A stretch of 64,000 nucleotides of DNA. It comes from Lingula anatina. Its lineage: Eukaryota > Animalia > Brachiopoda. Each line of letters starts with the position of its first letter. Positions within the stretch are counted from its first letter, which is position 1. Under the pieces are notes generated by a model. The model saw only the letters and a program-made list of their open reading frames with translations. It made no database searches and was not told the origin of the DNA. The translations under genes were made by a program, and so were the position numbers. This document shows positions 1-13,558 of this stretch, in pieces. Where the stretch lies: the NCBI GenBank assembly GCA_051362555.1, contig CM120643.1:25114848-25178847 (forward strand). Direction: 5' to 3'.

Positions 1-29
1 TTCATTCTGCTACACACGTGTTGTCAGAA

Positions 30-3000
30 ATGGCGGAGAAGCGTAAAGGCGAAGAAAATGACAAAAGCGCGAAGAAACGGAGCCAAAACTTTATCTCCAG
101 CTACACATTACAGTGGCCTTGCTTAAAGGCAAGCAAACAAGGCAGTTGTCATACGTATTGCGAAGTGTGCCGCGTGGACATTTCCATCGCGCACGGTGGC
201 TGGGATGACTGCCGCCGACATGTGCAGTCGAAGAAACACGCTGAATATGCCAAGTTGGCGAAGGCCGCAGTCAGCTCAAGCATGAGCAAGTTCTTACAAA
301 AGACGACTCAACTGAAATATAATGTGATTGATGCGGAGGTTGCCTTCGTCGATCTCTGTGTGGAACAAAATCTCCCATTTTCAATTATGGACAAAATAAC
401 AGCCATATGTAAAACCAAGTTCAGTGACTCTGAAATCGCCAAATCGTTTGCATGCGGGCGCTCAAAAACAACGGCAATTGTACAGAAAAATGCCCAGCAT
501 ACCCAGAAACGTTTGATCGACATAATCAAAGACAACCCTTTTACCATATCGACAGATGGTAGCAACGATACGGAGAAACTATTCCCTCTTGTGATTAGAT
601 GCGTCGATCCACAAACTTCTGAGGTCAGATCAGACGTGCTGAGTGTGCCGACTTGTAAAGGATCAGCAACAGGTAAAGTTGAAATTTTTATATGAAATAA
701 TAATATTTTATTGCAATACATGTGAATATACAAACACACACACGCACATAGTAGTGAATGGAATTTTAAAACTTCGCTAATAATATATTACAATTACTTT
801 TTGTGGGGAATATATGCATGTATTTTATTAATATACTAACACTTTCAACCCAGTCAAGTTTGTTCATCAATTGTGAAGAGAATATATTTTCTTTTGTTTT
901 GTTTTCAGAGATTGTTCATGTTCAGTTTTTTTTTAACAATCGTTCTGCCTGCTGAATGATCATTGATGCATGATGGTGTGTATTTTTTATTTTGTTTTTT
1001 TTTTCTTATTCAATATGATTTCATAGTAGCATTATTTGTTGAGATTAAGTTAAAATATTAAAGGGACACAAAATAGGATTTTGATCGCAATGTAAAGACA
1101 TGAATCGCTTCTTGTTGAACTTACATGAGTACAATAAAAACGTTTAAAACATAAATTCAAAGATAGATGGCCTTAAACAATATCGCAAAACATAGCTATA
1201 TTCACTGTCCCCTATTCAGCCTATGTAGTCAGCCATCAAGACAAACCCGCGCTTAAGCGCAGGTTTGGATATTTCACCTTTTTCCAAAATTGTTACATAA
1301 GTATGGCGAGTGTTAGAAAAGGATGATAAAAGGTGGAAAAATGCCGTTTACCTTGGGAAAATTCGTTTGATGTTAGTTTTGGCAGGAGAATCCTCTTTTG
1401 TGTCCCTTTAACTGCTTTAGTTTATAATACTTTTATTAAAACCAATGCAAATGTTATGATTCTGTGTTGCATTATGAGTTACTTGTAAATCACATTGATT
1501 TTTATATTTTTGTTGTTATTGTAGGGAAGGCCATATTTGATCTGATTGACAAAGTGTTTCAAGATGAACACATTCCCTGGACAAATTGTATAGCACTGGG
1601 GTCTGATAATGCCAATGTGATGGTCGGGAAGAAGAATGGAGTGTATGGACATATGCTTACAGTTCACCCTTCCATTTATCTGTCTGGCTGCGCGTGTCAT
1701 CTGATTCACCATGCAGCTGAAAATGCTATTTGAATTCATTATTGAAATAAGCAAAAATGTCTTTGAAAATGTATTTTAATTTGAATTTAAATATTGTTTG
1801 ATTATATGGTATCAGTATTGTTTTATGCAATATTCATTGAGTTTGTCCTGACAAATGTTATTCAATGTTATTTGCAGCTGCTCATTGCCTTCCATTCAGC
1901 ATTGATCAGATTCTTGTGGATGTCTACTATTACCTAGACAAGAGTTCACTACGAAAATCTTCGCTCAAAGCAATGCAGGTGCTCCACGAGCTAAAAGATG
2001 CTGACATGCTGAAACATGTGTGCACCCGCTGGTTAAGTGTTTCAAGATGCCTTAACAGAGTTCTTGAGAACTGGGATCCGCTTCTCCAATTCATTAGAGA
2101 GGAAAGTTCTTCAACAAGCTCAAAGCAAGCTGATCATCTTGACCGAATGAAGGCATTCTTCAAGTCACCAACAAACAGATTGTATTGTTTGTTTTTGAAG
2201 CATGCCATAGCTGTCTTTGATAAATATAACACAGAGCTGCAGTGTGCTGAACCAAAGATCCATGTTCTGCGTAGACGCCTGCACAGTCTGCTCAAAGAAC
2301 TCTTAGTAATGTTCGTCAAACCGTCAGCTATGATTTACAAGGGTGTCCTTGATGTGCAGTTCACTGTATCCAGCAACATTAAAGCCGAAAATGATCTGCT
2401 CATTGGAGATGAGGCAAAAGCATTTCTTTCTCAGAAGAAAGACAACCACCTGAGGGATAAGCCAATTCAGGAATTCCACAAGAATGTGAAATCATTCTTC
2501 TCAACAGCCTGTTCATACATTAAACAGAAGCTGCCTCTTTCATGTGAATTGCTGAAACATGCAGAAGTCACAGACATGCAGCGGCAGACTGAAAGCTATC
2601 AGTCATCAGTACAGTTCTTTCTGAAAAAGTTCCCATGCCTGATACCAGAAGAGGAGAGAGGGAAACTGGAAAGGGAGTTTGCTCTATATCAGGTAACTGA
2701 CATCAGGGATATCAAGAAGGATCGGCTGGATGAAGCATGGGCAGAAATGGGACAGATGAAAGATGAGAATGGTGTACAGATGTTTCAAGTTCTGCCCAAG
2801 TTCATGTTAAGGATCCTAACCATCCCATACTCCAGTGCACACTGTGAAAGAGTTTTCAGCATGGTCAGAAAAACTCACACTGCATTCAGGCCTAACATGA
2901 GCTCTCAAACCCTGGAGGCTATTTTGATAAACAAATCAAGATCAGGGAATGCTGGGGCCAGGAGTTACACCAGGAAACAACTAGATAGCCTTAAATCCTG

Positions 3001-3031
3001 TTATGTTGAATCACTCAGTAAGCATGTGTAG
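30..3031 (+). CDS. hAT-superfamily transposase, 3 exons (30-672, 1525-1725, 1878-3031; ~665 aa); second splice donor appears mutated
   Basis: N-terminal BED-like zinc finger (CEVC..HVQSKKH), DDE motifs TDGSND and GSDNANVM, CxxH (CACH), RWLS, and C-terminal dimerization motif SSAHCERVFS. Intron 673-1524 is GT..AG and joins in frame. The second intron joins in frame only if the donor is at 1726, which reads CT rather than GT. Confidence 0.85.
1062..1407. mobile_element. Kolobok-type MITE in intron 1 of the hAT transposase
   Basis: TIRs agggacacaaaataggatt / aatcctcttttgtgtccct, flanked by TTAA at 1058-1061 and 1408-1411. TTAA TSD plus RR start is Kolobok-like. Confidence 0.8.
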
Positions 3032-3432
3032 AGAAATAAACAATAGGGAAACCTCTAGGAGTGTGATCATGCTTTAGTTTTAGAAACTAGTGCATCATAC
3101 AGTTGCTAGCACAGGACAATTTAATTTCTACTCATTTAGACTTTGCAAATATTTCGTTCTATGAATTGTCTTGTAGAAAATCTTTAACTTAATTTTCTAT
3201 AGTAAATCATTTATCTTAAAAAAGTTACCAATTGATAAACGAAGTGACAAGTTGGACAAACTATAAAGCTGTGGTTTTATTAACAACTTTTTACAGTGAA
3301 TGTGTAATTTGTTAAACCATACAATGAATTTAATCTGTGAATAATAAAAGTGTGTATCAATAAATTCTGATGAAATAAATAATGATTATCCTAAACTTTT
3401 TACCATTTCATTCATTGTTTTTTCATAAATAA

Positions 3433-4524
3433 GGCCACACTTTTTTATTTTTATGGATGACATCCTCTGGGGACCCCAAAATCGGTGCGAGCGGGCGAAA
3501 AAAAAAAAAAAACAGTCCAAAAAAAAAAAAAAACTGCCTAAGAAAAGTTATGTTTTCAGAACACAGCTGGAAACACTAATTTACCACAGAAACACGTATC
3601 AAACTAACAACATGTCTTTATCCATGCTCTCAAAATATTAAAGCATTGTGAATAGGGCCTACTTCGTAGAAAGGTAAAAAGTCATGAATATATATATGCT
3701 GCATATTACCAAATGTATTTAAGGTTATTTCATGCATTCTGTTGGTATAGCAATCAATAAAACAAATATCAAATAAACAGCGTCTTTATTTCTACTCTCA
3801 GAAAATTTAAGCATTGTAAACACTTCACAGAATTGTTAAAAAATGAAGCAAAGATAGGCCTTTGCTTCCTTCTACCAAATCTAAAAAAGGTAATTTCGGT
3901 CGATGCCATTTTGTCTACTTCGACTCACACGTAACAGCCAACTATCGGGTGGCCTGTCCGACCTTCAGTCCACCAAATACCACGACGCTCTTGTCGACCC
4001 TTTTTTCGCTACAAAAAAAAACCTGGTAAGTCTATGTGCTGCTTTGGACAGAATGTCACTGAAATTTTCCGGGCGATGATCGCTGGCCGCGGCCAGCCTT
4101 TCGTATAATTGTAAAAAGGTGATATCCCCATGTCCAATATCAATGGCAAACCAATCCAAAACGACGGCCCCCGTTCTCTTTATGACTTTAATTGTCGTGT
4201 ATTTTGAAATTAATGCTAGAGATGAATTTGACGGCAAAGCGGCCATATTTCCACGTGGTGATAATACGCATGCGCAGAAAGCTCATTTTCCGCACTCGGA
4301 ACTACTCGGATGTCTCCGCAGTCGACAATGACAGCATGGAGCTTGCGGAATTAGCCGAGCATTGCCGATTGCATTTTCCGGCAAATTCAATCACGACGTT
4401 TGCGACAACCGACTTCCTTGGGGGGGGGGGGGGGGGGGGGATTTTTTTTTTTTTTTTTTTTTGAGAACGGACGAAAATCGGTGCGCGCGCAGGATGTCAT
4501 CCATAAAATTAAAAAAGTGTGGCC
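3433..4524. mobile_element. PIF/Harbinger-like non-autonomous element inserted in the hAT 3' region
   Basis: ~35-bp TIRs ggccacacttttttatttttatggatgacatcct / aggatgtcatccataaaattaaaaaagtgtggcc, with TAA on both flanks (3430-3432, 4525-4527). Confidence 0.8.
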
Positions 4525-4866
4525 TAAGGAAAAATAAAAAAATAAGGTAGTGCTTAATAACATTTAATTATTTAAATAAGGTGTTGATTAATTGGATTTG
4601 TGTTACTGAAAGTTATTAGAAAATACTGAAAATTTTACCAAAAGTCCTGATTTTAACATTTTTAGGTAGGCATCTCTGTTGTTTAAACATTTATTTAGTG
4701 TGGGTGCTTTTTATGGTGTTTACACATATACTCTCTGGTGTACTAACTGGACACTCATAACAAAGTTAACTTAGAAGCTGATGAGTACGTATTCCACCAC
4801 TGCAATTGTAGAGATGCTTTCTCCAGATGAGTATTTAATAATCTTTTTGTCTGCTGTGCACTTTAA

Positions 4867-6119
4867 CAGGGGTCGAAACAGACAGTCGCCCACTCGCCAG
4901 TGCGACTTAGAAACGTCCCGACGACTACCTGTCAGGGGTACTGGTCCGTTTTGGCAACCGCTGAAAAGTGCCGAACATCGTTGCTAAACCCATCATATAT
5001 TTCACTATCAAATGGCAAAATCTGGTCAATAATCGAAGTATTTCTTGTCTCTCTCAAATCAAAGCACATGAGCGCGGCCATATTGCATTTTAACAGCAGG
5101 CCGAACATCTTTTGGCTCGAGCGCTGTGATTGGCTCCCTCGCGTTGCTGCAGCAAATCTCCACCAATAAAAGATCGTTTTGCGTTCAGCAGCTGTGACGT
5201 CACACCCCGGCAATGTTAAATGTCCTTTTTTTTTTACATTTAATAAAAAAACGTGGCGATTCATTGTAGGTATGTCAAAACCTGCACCAAAAAGAAAAAT
5301 AGCCCCTGATGAGGAAACAAACAAAGATAAAAAGAAAGAATATGATGCTTCTTATGAAAAACAAAAAAGAAGTAGGCAATTTTTGCCAAAGTGAAGTTGG
5401 CAGGCCTTGGTTAAAAAATACACCAACTGACATGACTTTCACTGTGTGCATAGAACATGTGGAGGCACTGAAAGGGCAGGGTGCAATACAGTCCAGAGTG
5501 TTTATTGATGGGTGCAACAGCATGAAATCTGAGAGCATCTCCCTACATGAGAAATCACAGGCTAACAGGTTAGCACTTAGCATTGATTCTAGGTGAGAAA
5601 AACCCATACTAATTTACATATATAATAAATATAAACTTACATATAAATATAATATAAATATTAAATATAATAGTAATATTAAATTATATATAATGTTATT
5701 TAATATTAAATATAATTTTTATATAAATTTAATTATCACATGATGATTTTTATTTGTCATTGGTTATTTCTCACAACATTAAATATATTGATTAAAATAT
5801 GGATATATGTAAAAGTTATATTTATTTTATAATAATTTTTTATATATCCAGAAAGTTGCAACCGGAAATGTCAAGCCCTGAACAAAGCCCTGTACAAACA
5901 GTTAAAGGAACTGACTGGAATATGTATGTGTTTAGATAATCATATAGAAATAAAAATGGATGTTAAACATGTATGGGTTTTTGTTATATATCAAGTAGCT
6001 TGAAACCACTAATTATTAACGTAAAATTTTACGGACCAGTACTTCTTAATACGGACCAGTACCTCTAAGGTCCACTGGTCCCTATTAGCCAGTCCTGCCC
6101 AAATTCTGTTTTAACCCCT
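4867..6119 (+). mobile_element. Non-autonomous hAT element with decayed ZNF862-like N-terminal zinc finger
   Basis: TIRs caggggtcgaaacaga / tctgttttaacccct and near-complete 8-bp TSD (cactttaa / actttaa). Broken ORF 5272-5596 reads RQFLPK*..RPWL..C..FIDGCNSMKSESISLHEKS. Confidence 0.7.
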
Positions 6120-7521
6120 ACTTTAACACTTTATTAGATGTGCCTACACTAAGTACCCATGCTGTTTATAGCACAGTTTGTTTCCTTCACCTTAATTGAT
6201 ATCTGCAATATCTTTAATAACATAAATACCATGCTAAACTGATTATTACTTGCCTATTTTCACTTGCCTATTTTCAAATATTAGGTGAATTATTACATTT
6301 GAATAAGGCATAAAAATCACTTTTTGCACATCAAGCTGGGGGATATGTAATTCACTGAGATATGATGAGAAAGGGTTGCATTTGGTGGCGGTTGCTGGTA
6401 GACAGGTTACCAATTAATGGCTGCTTCTTTATTTCATTTGTGGGAATAAAATAATGCGACAATATGTATACATATATTCAAAACCTGTCTGGTAAGTAGA
6501 TTGATGAACTGTCCACGTGGTATGTATAATATAACTACTAGAATTTCAAATTTAGGGTATCTACTTCAACCCTTATCATTTTGACAATTATGCTCTATAA
6601 TTTGCACATTAGGTACAAAGGAGAAGGCACCACAAGAGCCCACTATCAGGGTTGGTGGACCTGGCAAGGAAGTTTGTAAGTCAATAGTTTCTATACTCTC
6701 AATAGCAAAAATGTCACAATGTTGTCTCCCAAGAAGATGCAGCTTTATATCTTTGATATATAAATAGAAATCTTGCATGCAGATGCTCAACCCATGACAA
6801 AATTTTGTATCCTTTTTTTAGGTCATGTAAAATCAGGACCTGAACTTCAAACTGAACCAATTGTGAAAGTGGACAGTGTCTTTGCACATCTACTAGTAGA
6901 ACTGACAACGAATTGGCGGAGTTTACAGTTATTGTTCCAAACAGTGGTTTGTGTCAGCATATAAAATATATACTGGTGTCTGAAATTTGTCAGAAGAATC
7001 CTGCCATTACAGAAAAAGGTTTTTGCTTAATAACTGTCTTTTTAATAATGATAACAACTTGAACTTCAAGAGGCATCTTATTTGGATCGAGAAATCATAA
7101 TTATGTTTTACCTTCTTAGTATTAAGGGGTATTTAAAAAAAACAGGAAGAGGGGCTAGCATCCTTTTCTCTCGGTAGTGACCATTAGTCATTTGGAATTA
7201 GCCATCTGGAATTAATTAGTAGTTAACTTAACCCCTGGCTCCTAGTGACCAATAGTCACGTGAAAAACAACCTAGATGGCCTGTCCAATGATCATCCAGT
7301 TGCGTAACTAATTAAGACAATAGACCAATAGCAACAAGCCTTAACTTTAGCCCCCTTTTTCAAATAAGAAGGGATGTCAGTTGAGACCGCAGCGACGCAG
7401 CAGTACAGAGCATCATGAAACTTTCTCGAATGTATTAATAACCAGCGAATTTTATTGCTTTGGTATATATAACCTACCTTGAACCTACAACAACCACTGA
7501 CTACGAAACCTACTATCGAAA

Positions 7522-8430
7522 ATGGCACAGGACTTCGGCGCCTGAGCGGCCGCATATGAGTTAAGTACAGAGACTTTGGACGTCCTGAAAGAAGCAGGGT
7601 TTGCGAGCGTTAGGTCATGCAGACTTCTAATGGACGCGCTTATTCAGAAAACGTTCGGGAAAGCCATCCCCTTGGGTCAGATTCTGATGCTACAGGAAGC
7701 AGTTGCTGCTTTCAAAACAGGGGGAAGGAGAGAGGACGAACGCGAGCCGCTGGGCCCATCGTTCCCTGGACCATCAAACAGCGAAGAACGCCAGCAACCT
7801 CTAACAGACAACAACGTGAATCGTGACCCGGATGTGAACCTGGGCGGAAATGACGCAACCCGCAACATGGCCGCGCCCTGTAACGAGGCTGTCTCGGAGA
7901 TGAACCCTACTGGCGGAGCAAGGGGGGAATTAGATTTTACAAAAATCTGCCAGCTGTTGGACGAAAGGAGCCCAACTGACCCCACAGGGACCAACCATGA
8001 AGGTAAGGGCACTTTTGATCCCTTCACCACAAACAAATCTACGGCTAAACGTCACTATGACATACGAGATTTCGTAATGTTCAGACAAAACTACAACGCC
8101 AGTGAATCGTCCAACACATCGTTGCGGATAGGAGACTTCAACGTAACCCTAAACAATAGGAGACCTTCGTTAGAGACTATAACACAGGCCCAATACATGG
8201 AGGCCAGCATGAAGATTTTACAGGAGATAATTGACAAAGACAACGCTGATATGGTCACAGTTAGTAGTTACGTGGGTTACATCACAAAGATCGCCTGTAT
8301 GGCCCAGACCTTCACTTGGGCGTCCCTGCTGACATACGATACGGAATACCATAAGCTCCAGGTGGCTCAGGGCTTTCAGTGGGGTACGGACAATGTCTTT
8401 TTAATGCAGCTGCTCTTAACGTCTAGACAA
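7522..8430 (+). pseudogene. DIRS/Ngaro-like (tyrosine-recombinase retroelement) ORF1/gag fragment
   Basis: ATG at 7522 is in frame with ORF 7576-8469, with an early TGA at 7543. C-terminal motif YITKIACMAQTFTWASLLTYDTEYHKLQ..GFQWG resembles Ngaro/DIRS gag. GC-richer than its flanks; repeated tagtgacca(t/a)tagtca upstream. Confidence 0.55.
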
Positions 8431-8847
8431 ACGCCCTATATTGGAATAATCCGGATATTAAGATTGTGATATGTATTGGTTTTCATTTTAAGTACTCATA
8501 AACCTTAGGAAATAGTTATGTATGAATAAAGTTTTTATAAGCCCGAATCTCTGTGTTTTTTAATTGAAATATTTCAAAGTGAAACAAAATATTTGGAAAT
8601 TATGCTGTCTTTTAACTTTTGTCCATTTACATAAGATGCTGAAGAGTTAAATTCATTTTAGTAGTATCCAATTATTTTTCAGGTAGTGATGATGACAAGA
8701 ATGATGGGGATGAAATTAGTGGTCTTGATGGAACTTTCCCAACTCTTCAGACTCATGAGTCAATCCCTGGAGGCAAGTTCAAGAAGTCACAAGTTGACAC
8801 GTTGAAAAATAGGACATTAACACCACTATATAGGAGTCAATGTAATT

Positions 8848-9334
8848 CTATATCGAATAATCATATTGGTTCATCATGAAATGAGAATGCACAGTGCGCA
8901 TGCGCGTCAGTAGCATGAGGCGAGAAGCATGTGGTTCACAAGAAAATTTCTTGTGTGTATGTATTTTGACATTTTTGTCAATACATTGTGGTGTATTTTG
9001 TCGTTTTTTGACAATACATCTTTTTTCCAACATGTCGGAGAAAAATGAGATAGCGGAGAAAGACTTAAAAGAGAAACAAGTCGCTAGCAATAAGAAATCA
9101 ACTAGTGCTGTTGTAAAGACCACTAGTGTTGCTGCGAAAACCGCAACTAACCAAGATTCTAAGATTCTAGAATACTTGCAAAGTATGAATGAAAAACTGA
9201 TGTCTAATGATGCCAAATTAGACTTGTTATCCTCTAGGATAACGGATATTGAAGAAACTGTGAACAGGGAGGTTTTACCTGGCACGTCCTTTGACTACAA
9301 CTTTGACAACGATAGGCGGTGTTCTGATGACTGA
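8848..9334 (+). mobile_element. 5' fragment of a probable DIRS-like retroelement (coiled-coil gag N-terminus from ATG 9032)
   Basis: ORF MSEKNE...ILEYLQSMNEKLMSNDAKLDLLSSRITDIEE is coiled-coil-like and follows a CpG-containing leader. No RT or recombinase seen. Confidence 0.35.
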
Positions 9335-10338
9335 AACTTTTGATGTTAACATAAGCTTAAAAGCCATAAAACTTCAATGTTAAAGATCCCTATTAACAAT
9401 GAGTCAAAAAATCATCAGAGGCCCTATTTAATGAGCATTTTCTTGGCTTCTGGTGAGCTTGGCCTAGCCGCAGCTGAGTGATCTTGCAGCAGTTAGAATA
9501 TATTTGTAGATACTAGTGCTAAAAATCCAAAATTTTTGGGGTTTGAACAGCAGTAAAATCGAATATGGCTTTCATAGAGTCAACACAATCATTCATTTCC
9601 AAGTCATATGTTTGCAAACACATCACAGAATATATTTTAAATGGTTCATTTATGTTGACAGGTGTTCAAAAAATTATCCTCAGGCCAAAAACAGCAGTAT
9701 CTCAGACAATGTTTCACCAGAATGATCATGATGACAGTAATGATAGTTTGACAGATGGTTTGTATTCATATTAAAATCCGTCATCATAATTTGATGAATT
9801 TGTAAATGTCTAATCTGAAGGACAACAGTTCTCCAGATACACTGATCCCTAGCAGTAAAAGGGATAAAGATTCATTATTATTATTATTATAATTATAGTA
9901 GCGGTTATTATTATTGTAAGTGTCAAAAGTCACTCAGCCAAATGGCTGGAATGACACTAGATGGAGAAAAAGCCTCTTGTATCAGATATTTGATGACAAA
10001 AACCAAAGTGCCCTGAAGTTTAATCTTCTTTTTTTATATAGTTTTCCAAGTGATTTCATCACCCCTCATATTAGATAATGTCAAAGGTCAAGGTTATTGT
10101 ACATCATTTATAATAGGTGACAATATATTGGGAGAGCTTTCAACCGTTATCATGATTATCACGTTCAGGACTTGGGGAGAGGCACCCCAGTCAGTTTAGT
10201 GGGGTAAACTTACAGCCATTTACTTTAAATTTATTATCTTGCTAGTTTTCTCTGTGGAGATAGGTGTATTTTATTGCTGTTGCTCATTTCTAGTACATTT
10301 ACAACTAAAGGATCAGAAAGGTGATACCGCCTCAGAAT

Positions 10339-11307
10339 ATTGTACTACCAGCTGGAGTAAGCGCGATCGTATAGACCCCCCCACACACAAAAAAGGGACA
10401 CCACCAAACAGTCTTGTCACAGTAAATTGCCTCTAATGACTTTCTATTCAAATTCAATAGTAACTATGGGCGTATCTTTGCCAGTTTTGAACGTGTAAGC
10501 ATTAAAAAAGGTGCAAAGTTTAGTTTATAATGTAAAGTAGGTCAAAGATCAATTTCAAGGTCAGAGTAAGATTGTCAGTATATGACTTCCTATTCAAGTT
10601 CAATAGTAACTATGGACCTATCTCTGCCAGTTTTGGAGATAAAAGGGAACCAAAATTTGCAAAGTTCAATTCATGATAAAAAGTAGGTCAAAGGTCAATT
10701 TCAAGGTCACATTTAGATTGCCAGTATATGACTTCCTATTCAACTTCAATAGTAACTATGGACCTATCTCTGCCAGTTTTGGAGATATAAGGGACTAAAT
10801 GTTATAATTTTGGAGTTAAAATAATGTGCCATAAATTTCCTACAGAGAAAATTAATTAAAATAAAGAAAAGGTCACTTTGGTTGAAATTCTTGAAATGGG
10901 AGGTGCTCAGAAGTTCCAGATGTTCAAATTTCATGAAATAATGTCATTTTTGACCACAAGTTGTCTGCCTCGCCAAGCCTTCCGTTTTATTTTCCCACAT
11001 ACGACTTTTGGAAAGCCGTCTGTAGAAATTTTTCCCATAATTCCTTCCGTAGGGTAGATAATTAGCATTTAATTTTGCCATTTTTGGACAAGGGTGCATT
11101 GCAATGAGTGCCACACCTAGAACCCAATACCGACAAAGCCCAAATTTTACGTGGAACGAGTTGAGATTATAGGTGACCTAAATCCAAGAGATGGGTATGG
11201 AGGCCCTTACCGTCTAGGAGGAGAAGCAGTAATGGTAACATGCCGGCGGAACGATCCGGACGGAACTAAAACCATGTGACAGCCAGCGCTAACGCAGGTG
11301 GTACAAT
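10339..11307. mobile_element. Interspersed element (HINE/MITE-like) with internal ~146-bp tandem repeats
   Basis: Imperfect inverted ends attgtactacc (10339) / ggtggtacaat (11297-11307). Units beginning atgactt(t/c)ctattcaa at 10436, 10582 and 10728. Confidence 0.6.
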
Positions 11308-12121
11308 TAGAAAAGGAGCAGGATCCTTCCATGGCTGGGTTGGATGCAGGGCGTGTCTTTCACACTAAGGAGTGGCCTTTGGATTGCCAGAACTTAGCAG
11401 GATATGGGAATGACAGAGTAGAGTATCTTGTGAATCATTTCAGACCTGTTTTTCAGAATCTTGGAGTGTATGATTTTCCCAGTATATCCAGTGAGTGGGC
11501 TCGCATGAAGGCCATATTGGGAGTGAGACTGTAGAGAAATCCAAGACCCACTGTGCAAGAAATGTTCATCACGCATGCAGATGATTTAAAGCATAATCTC
11601 AAACTTGTTGAAATAGTATTGGCAATCCCTGTTTCCAGTGCTAATTGTGAACGTGGATTCTCTGCACTGCCACTAGTGAGAATCAAAAGTGATTGGAGGG
11701 CATCTCGCAATGATTTTTTGCTTCATTGGAAGGCCCTGACCTTGAGTCATTTTCTGCAGAAAGAGCCTTGCATCTCTGGTGGACGGAAGCTCAGAGACAG
11801 CGGCGTCCCCAGTTTCAGGAAGCACCGGTTGATGGAGATACATGAACTGTTTAATTTCCTCTTGAACCACAATGATTAAAAACTAATTTAATTTCTACAT
11901 TTACACAAACTTTTGATTATAAATAGGTTATGTGTTTAAAAGGATCAAACGATGTTTCCAAAAGTTTATTCTTAAATTGCCTGTAATAAATGAATAGTAA
12001 GCAAATAATAGTTGCGACTTCTGATGTCATGTTGGGCAAGTGGAAAGCTGAGTCGGGCCAGTGAGTTTCATGTCTCACTGGCCCGAAGGGCCAGAAGAAA
12101 AAAAGTTAGTGTCAAGCCCTG
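11308..12121 (+). mobile_element. 3' fragment of ZNF862-like hAT transposon (decayed)
   Basis: Frameshifted YGNDRVEYLVNHF..EW..K and VLAIPVSSANCERGFS (hAT dimerization domain). Right TIR gttagtgtcaagccctg ends at 12121. Confidence 0.75.
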
Positions 12122-12450
12122 GGCATGGATTATCTTATTTAATAAATGCAGAGGGAATGAGGTAGCCAAAATGCTTGTTCACAGTTTTGTAGAGCGTCCT
12201 AGCTGGGCAGATTGGGCTAACTCAGAAATCTTGAACTCCTTCTCAAAGCTGGAGAAAACAATGATGAAGAGGTGAGACCTAGTTACATTATGCATAATCT
12301 TCATATCTTCATGATCATATTTTTTTATGTCTCATGATGGACCTTGTGCAATCTAAAGGAAAGCAGAATAAGAAGGTAGCAACTATTTTCTCCCCAGAAA
12401 TGAAAGCTGCAGCTGAAACACTGATTAAAACCAGACATGAATATGGTGTA
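12122..12450 (+). pseudogene. Two-exon fragment of a metazoan tyrosine-recombinase-like TE-associated gene
   Basis: IILFNKCRGNEVAKM..F..R...N.E....S.LEK, GT donor at 12272, then QSKGKQNKKVATIFSPEMKAAAETLIKTRHEYGV. Matches my recollection of an uncharacterised integrase-fold family with an IILFNRRR.GE / GKR.RKV motif; not verified. Confidence 0.45.
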
Positions 12451-13558
12451 TGTTAAGTCTAAATGTAGATTGCATTAGTTGCGCCCTTAAGAAACAATCT
12501 TGCTGACGAAACAGGGTCAAGGTCGCAAGGAAAATATGGCTGACTTACAATGCACGTGTTGAATGTGTTTTTCACGACAAGGAACAAGTTTAAGGTTTTC
12601 AAAGAAAACTACCGAATCATGGAGGACACGCGACACCTCATATCTACATGTATAAAGATAGTAGAAAAAAGACAAAAGTCCACGTCAGCAGTCAAAGTTA
12701 TTCATGTCATGTTTTACAAGTCCGTGTACTGTAAGAGGCTGTAAGTTCATTTAGACTGTTACAAGTTCAAGAGGTTATACAAGTCTAGTAAGTTGCTAGT
12801 TGATGTATATTATTGCTTATTTCTTAAGTTATATTTTGTTCTTTTAAGGTTTGTAATGCATGTATGAAAATTAAATTTATAAGAGTGATATTCAATCATA
12901 TACCCCTGTCAGTATACATGCATGTAGGTCATGTAAAGAAAGTAAAGCATAGATGTTTAAGTATCTCATAAGAAACAAGATAAGAACATGTCTATTTTAA
13001 ACTTTATTTGTGTAATTATACTTAACATTATTTTCATTGATACTATTTCAGAACTTATTCATTGTGGTGATTCAATAAAAGTCTCAAGAAAAGATTAAGG
13101 TGTTTGTCAAGATATTGGACACTACATCGCAGTTTAGACTTTATTTATTGGACTGAACATGGCCACTAAACCAGAATAAGAAGTGCCAAGGAGAAGTGGC
13201 AGAGAACCTGCAGCATCCACAAAAGTAAAAGAAAATTGGCAGCAGAAAGTAGATCAGAGGGATGAAAAACTAGTACAGGTGGTGAAGAGAAAAAATTCCC
13301 TCAGGGAGGCCATGATAACAGAAAATATAACTGTAGTACCAGACATACTCAAAGCACTGGACGATGCATGGAAGGGTTATACCCGCAGCCATTTAGAGCT
13401 AATAAAGGTGTATGTCACTGAAAGTATGATTGACGCCACATACGACGAGTATGAAGTAGAAGAAGAAAAATATCTCAGGGTCAGGGCAAGGGCAAAGAAA
13501 TTTGAAAAGGTTCAAGATGATATTTCTTCAAGCCATGGGAGTGAATCAGAGTCAGACG
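12451..13558 (+). mobile_element. BEL/Pao 5' fragment: LTR (12451-13159), PBS and gag N-terminus
   Basis: TGTT...AACA 709-bp segment with AATAAA at 13074, immediately followed by TGG (PBS-like). ORF 13183- begins PRRSGRE...TKVKE followed by a coiled coil, as in BEL gag N-termini. Truncated at 13559. Confidence 0.65.

Larger units (their letters stand above)
1..4678 (+). mobile_element. hAT DNA transposon (left end outside window; right TIR ends ~4678)
   Basis: Contains the hAT transposase. ggcatctctg at 4669-4678 is the reverse complement of CAGAGATGCC, a typical hAT terminus. Confidence 0.65.

Noticed and set aside
7543-7545. In-frame TGA as selenocysteine or readthrough
   Set aside because: More simply a TGG>TGA mutation in a truncated retroelement; no SECIS evidence.
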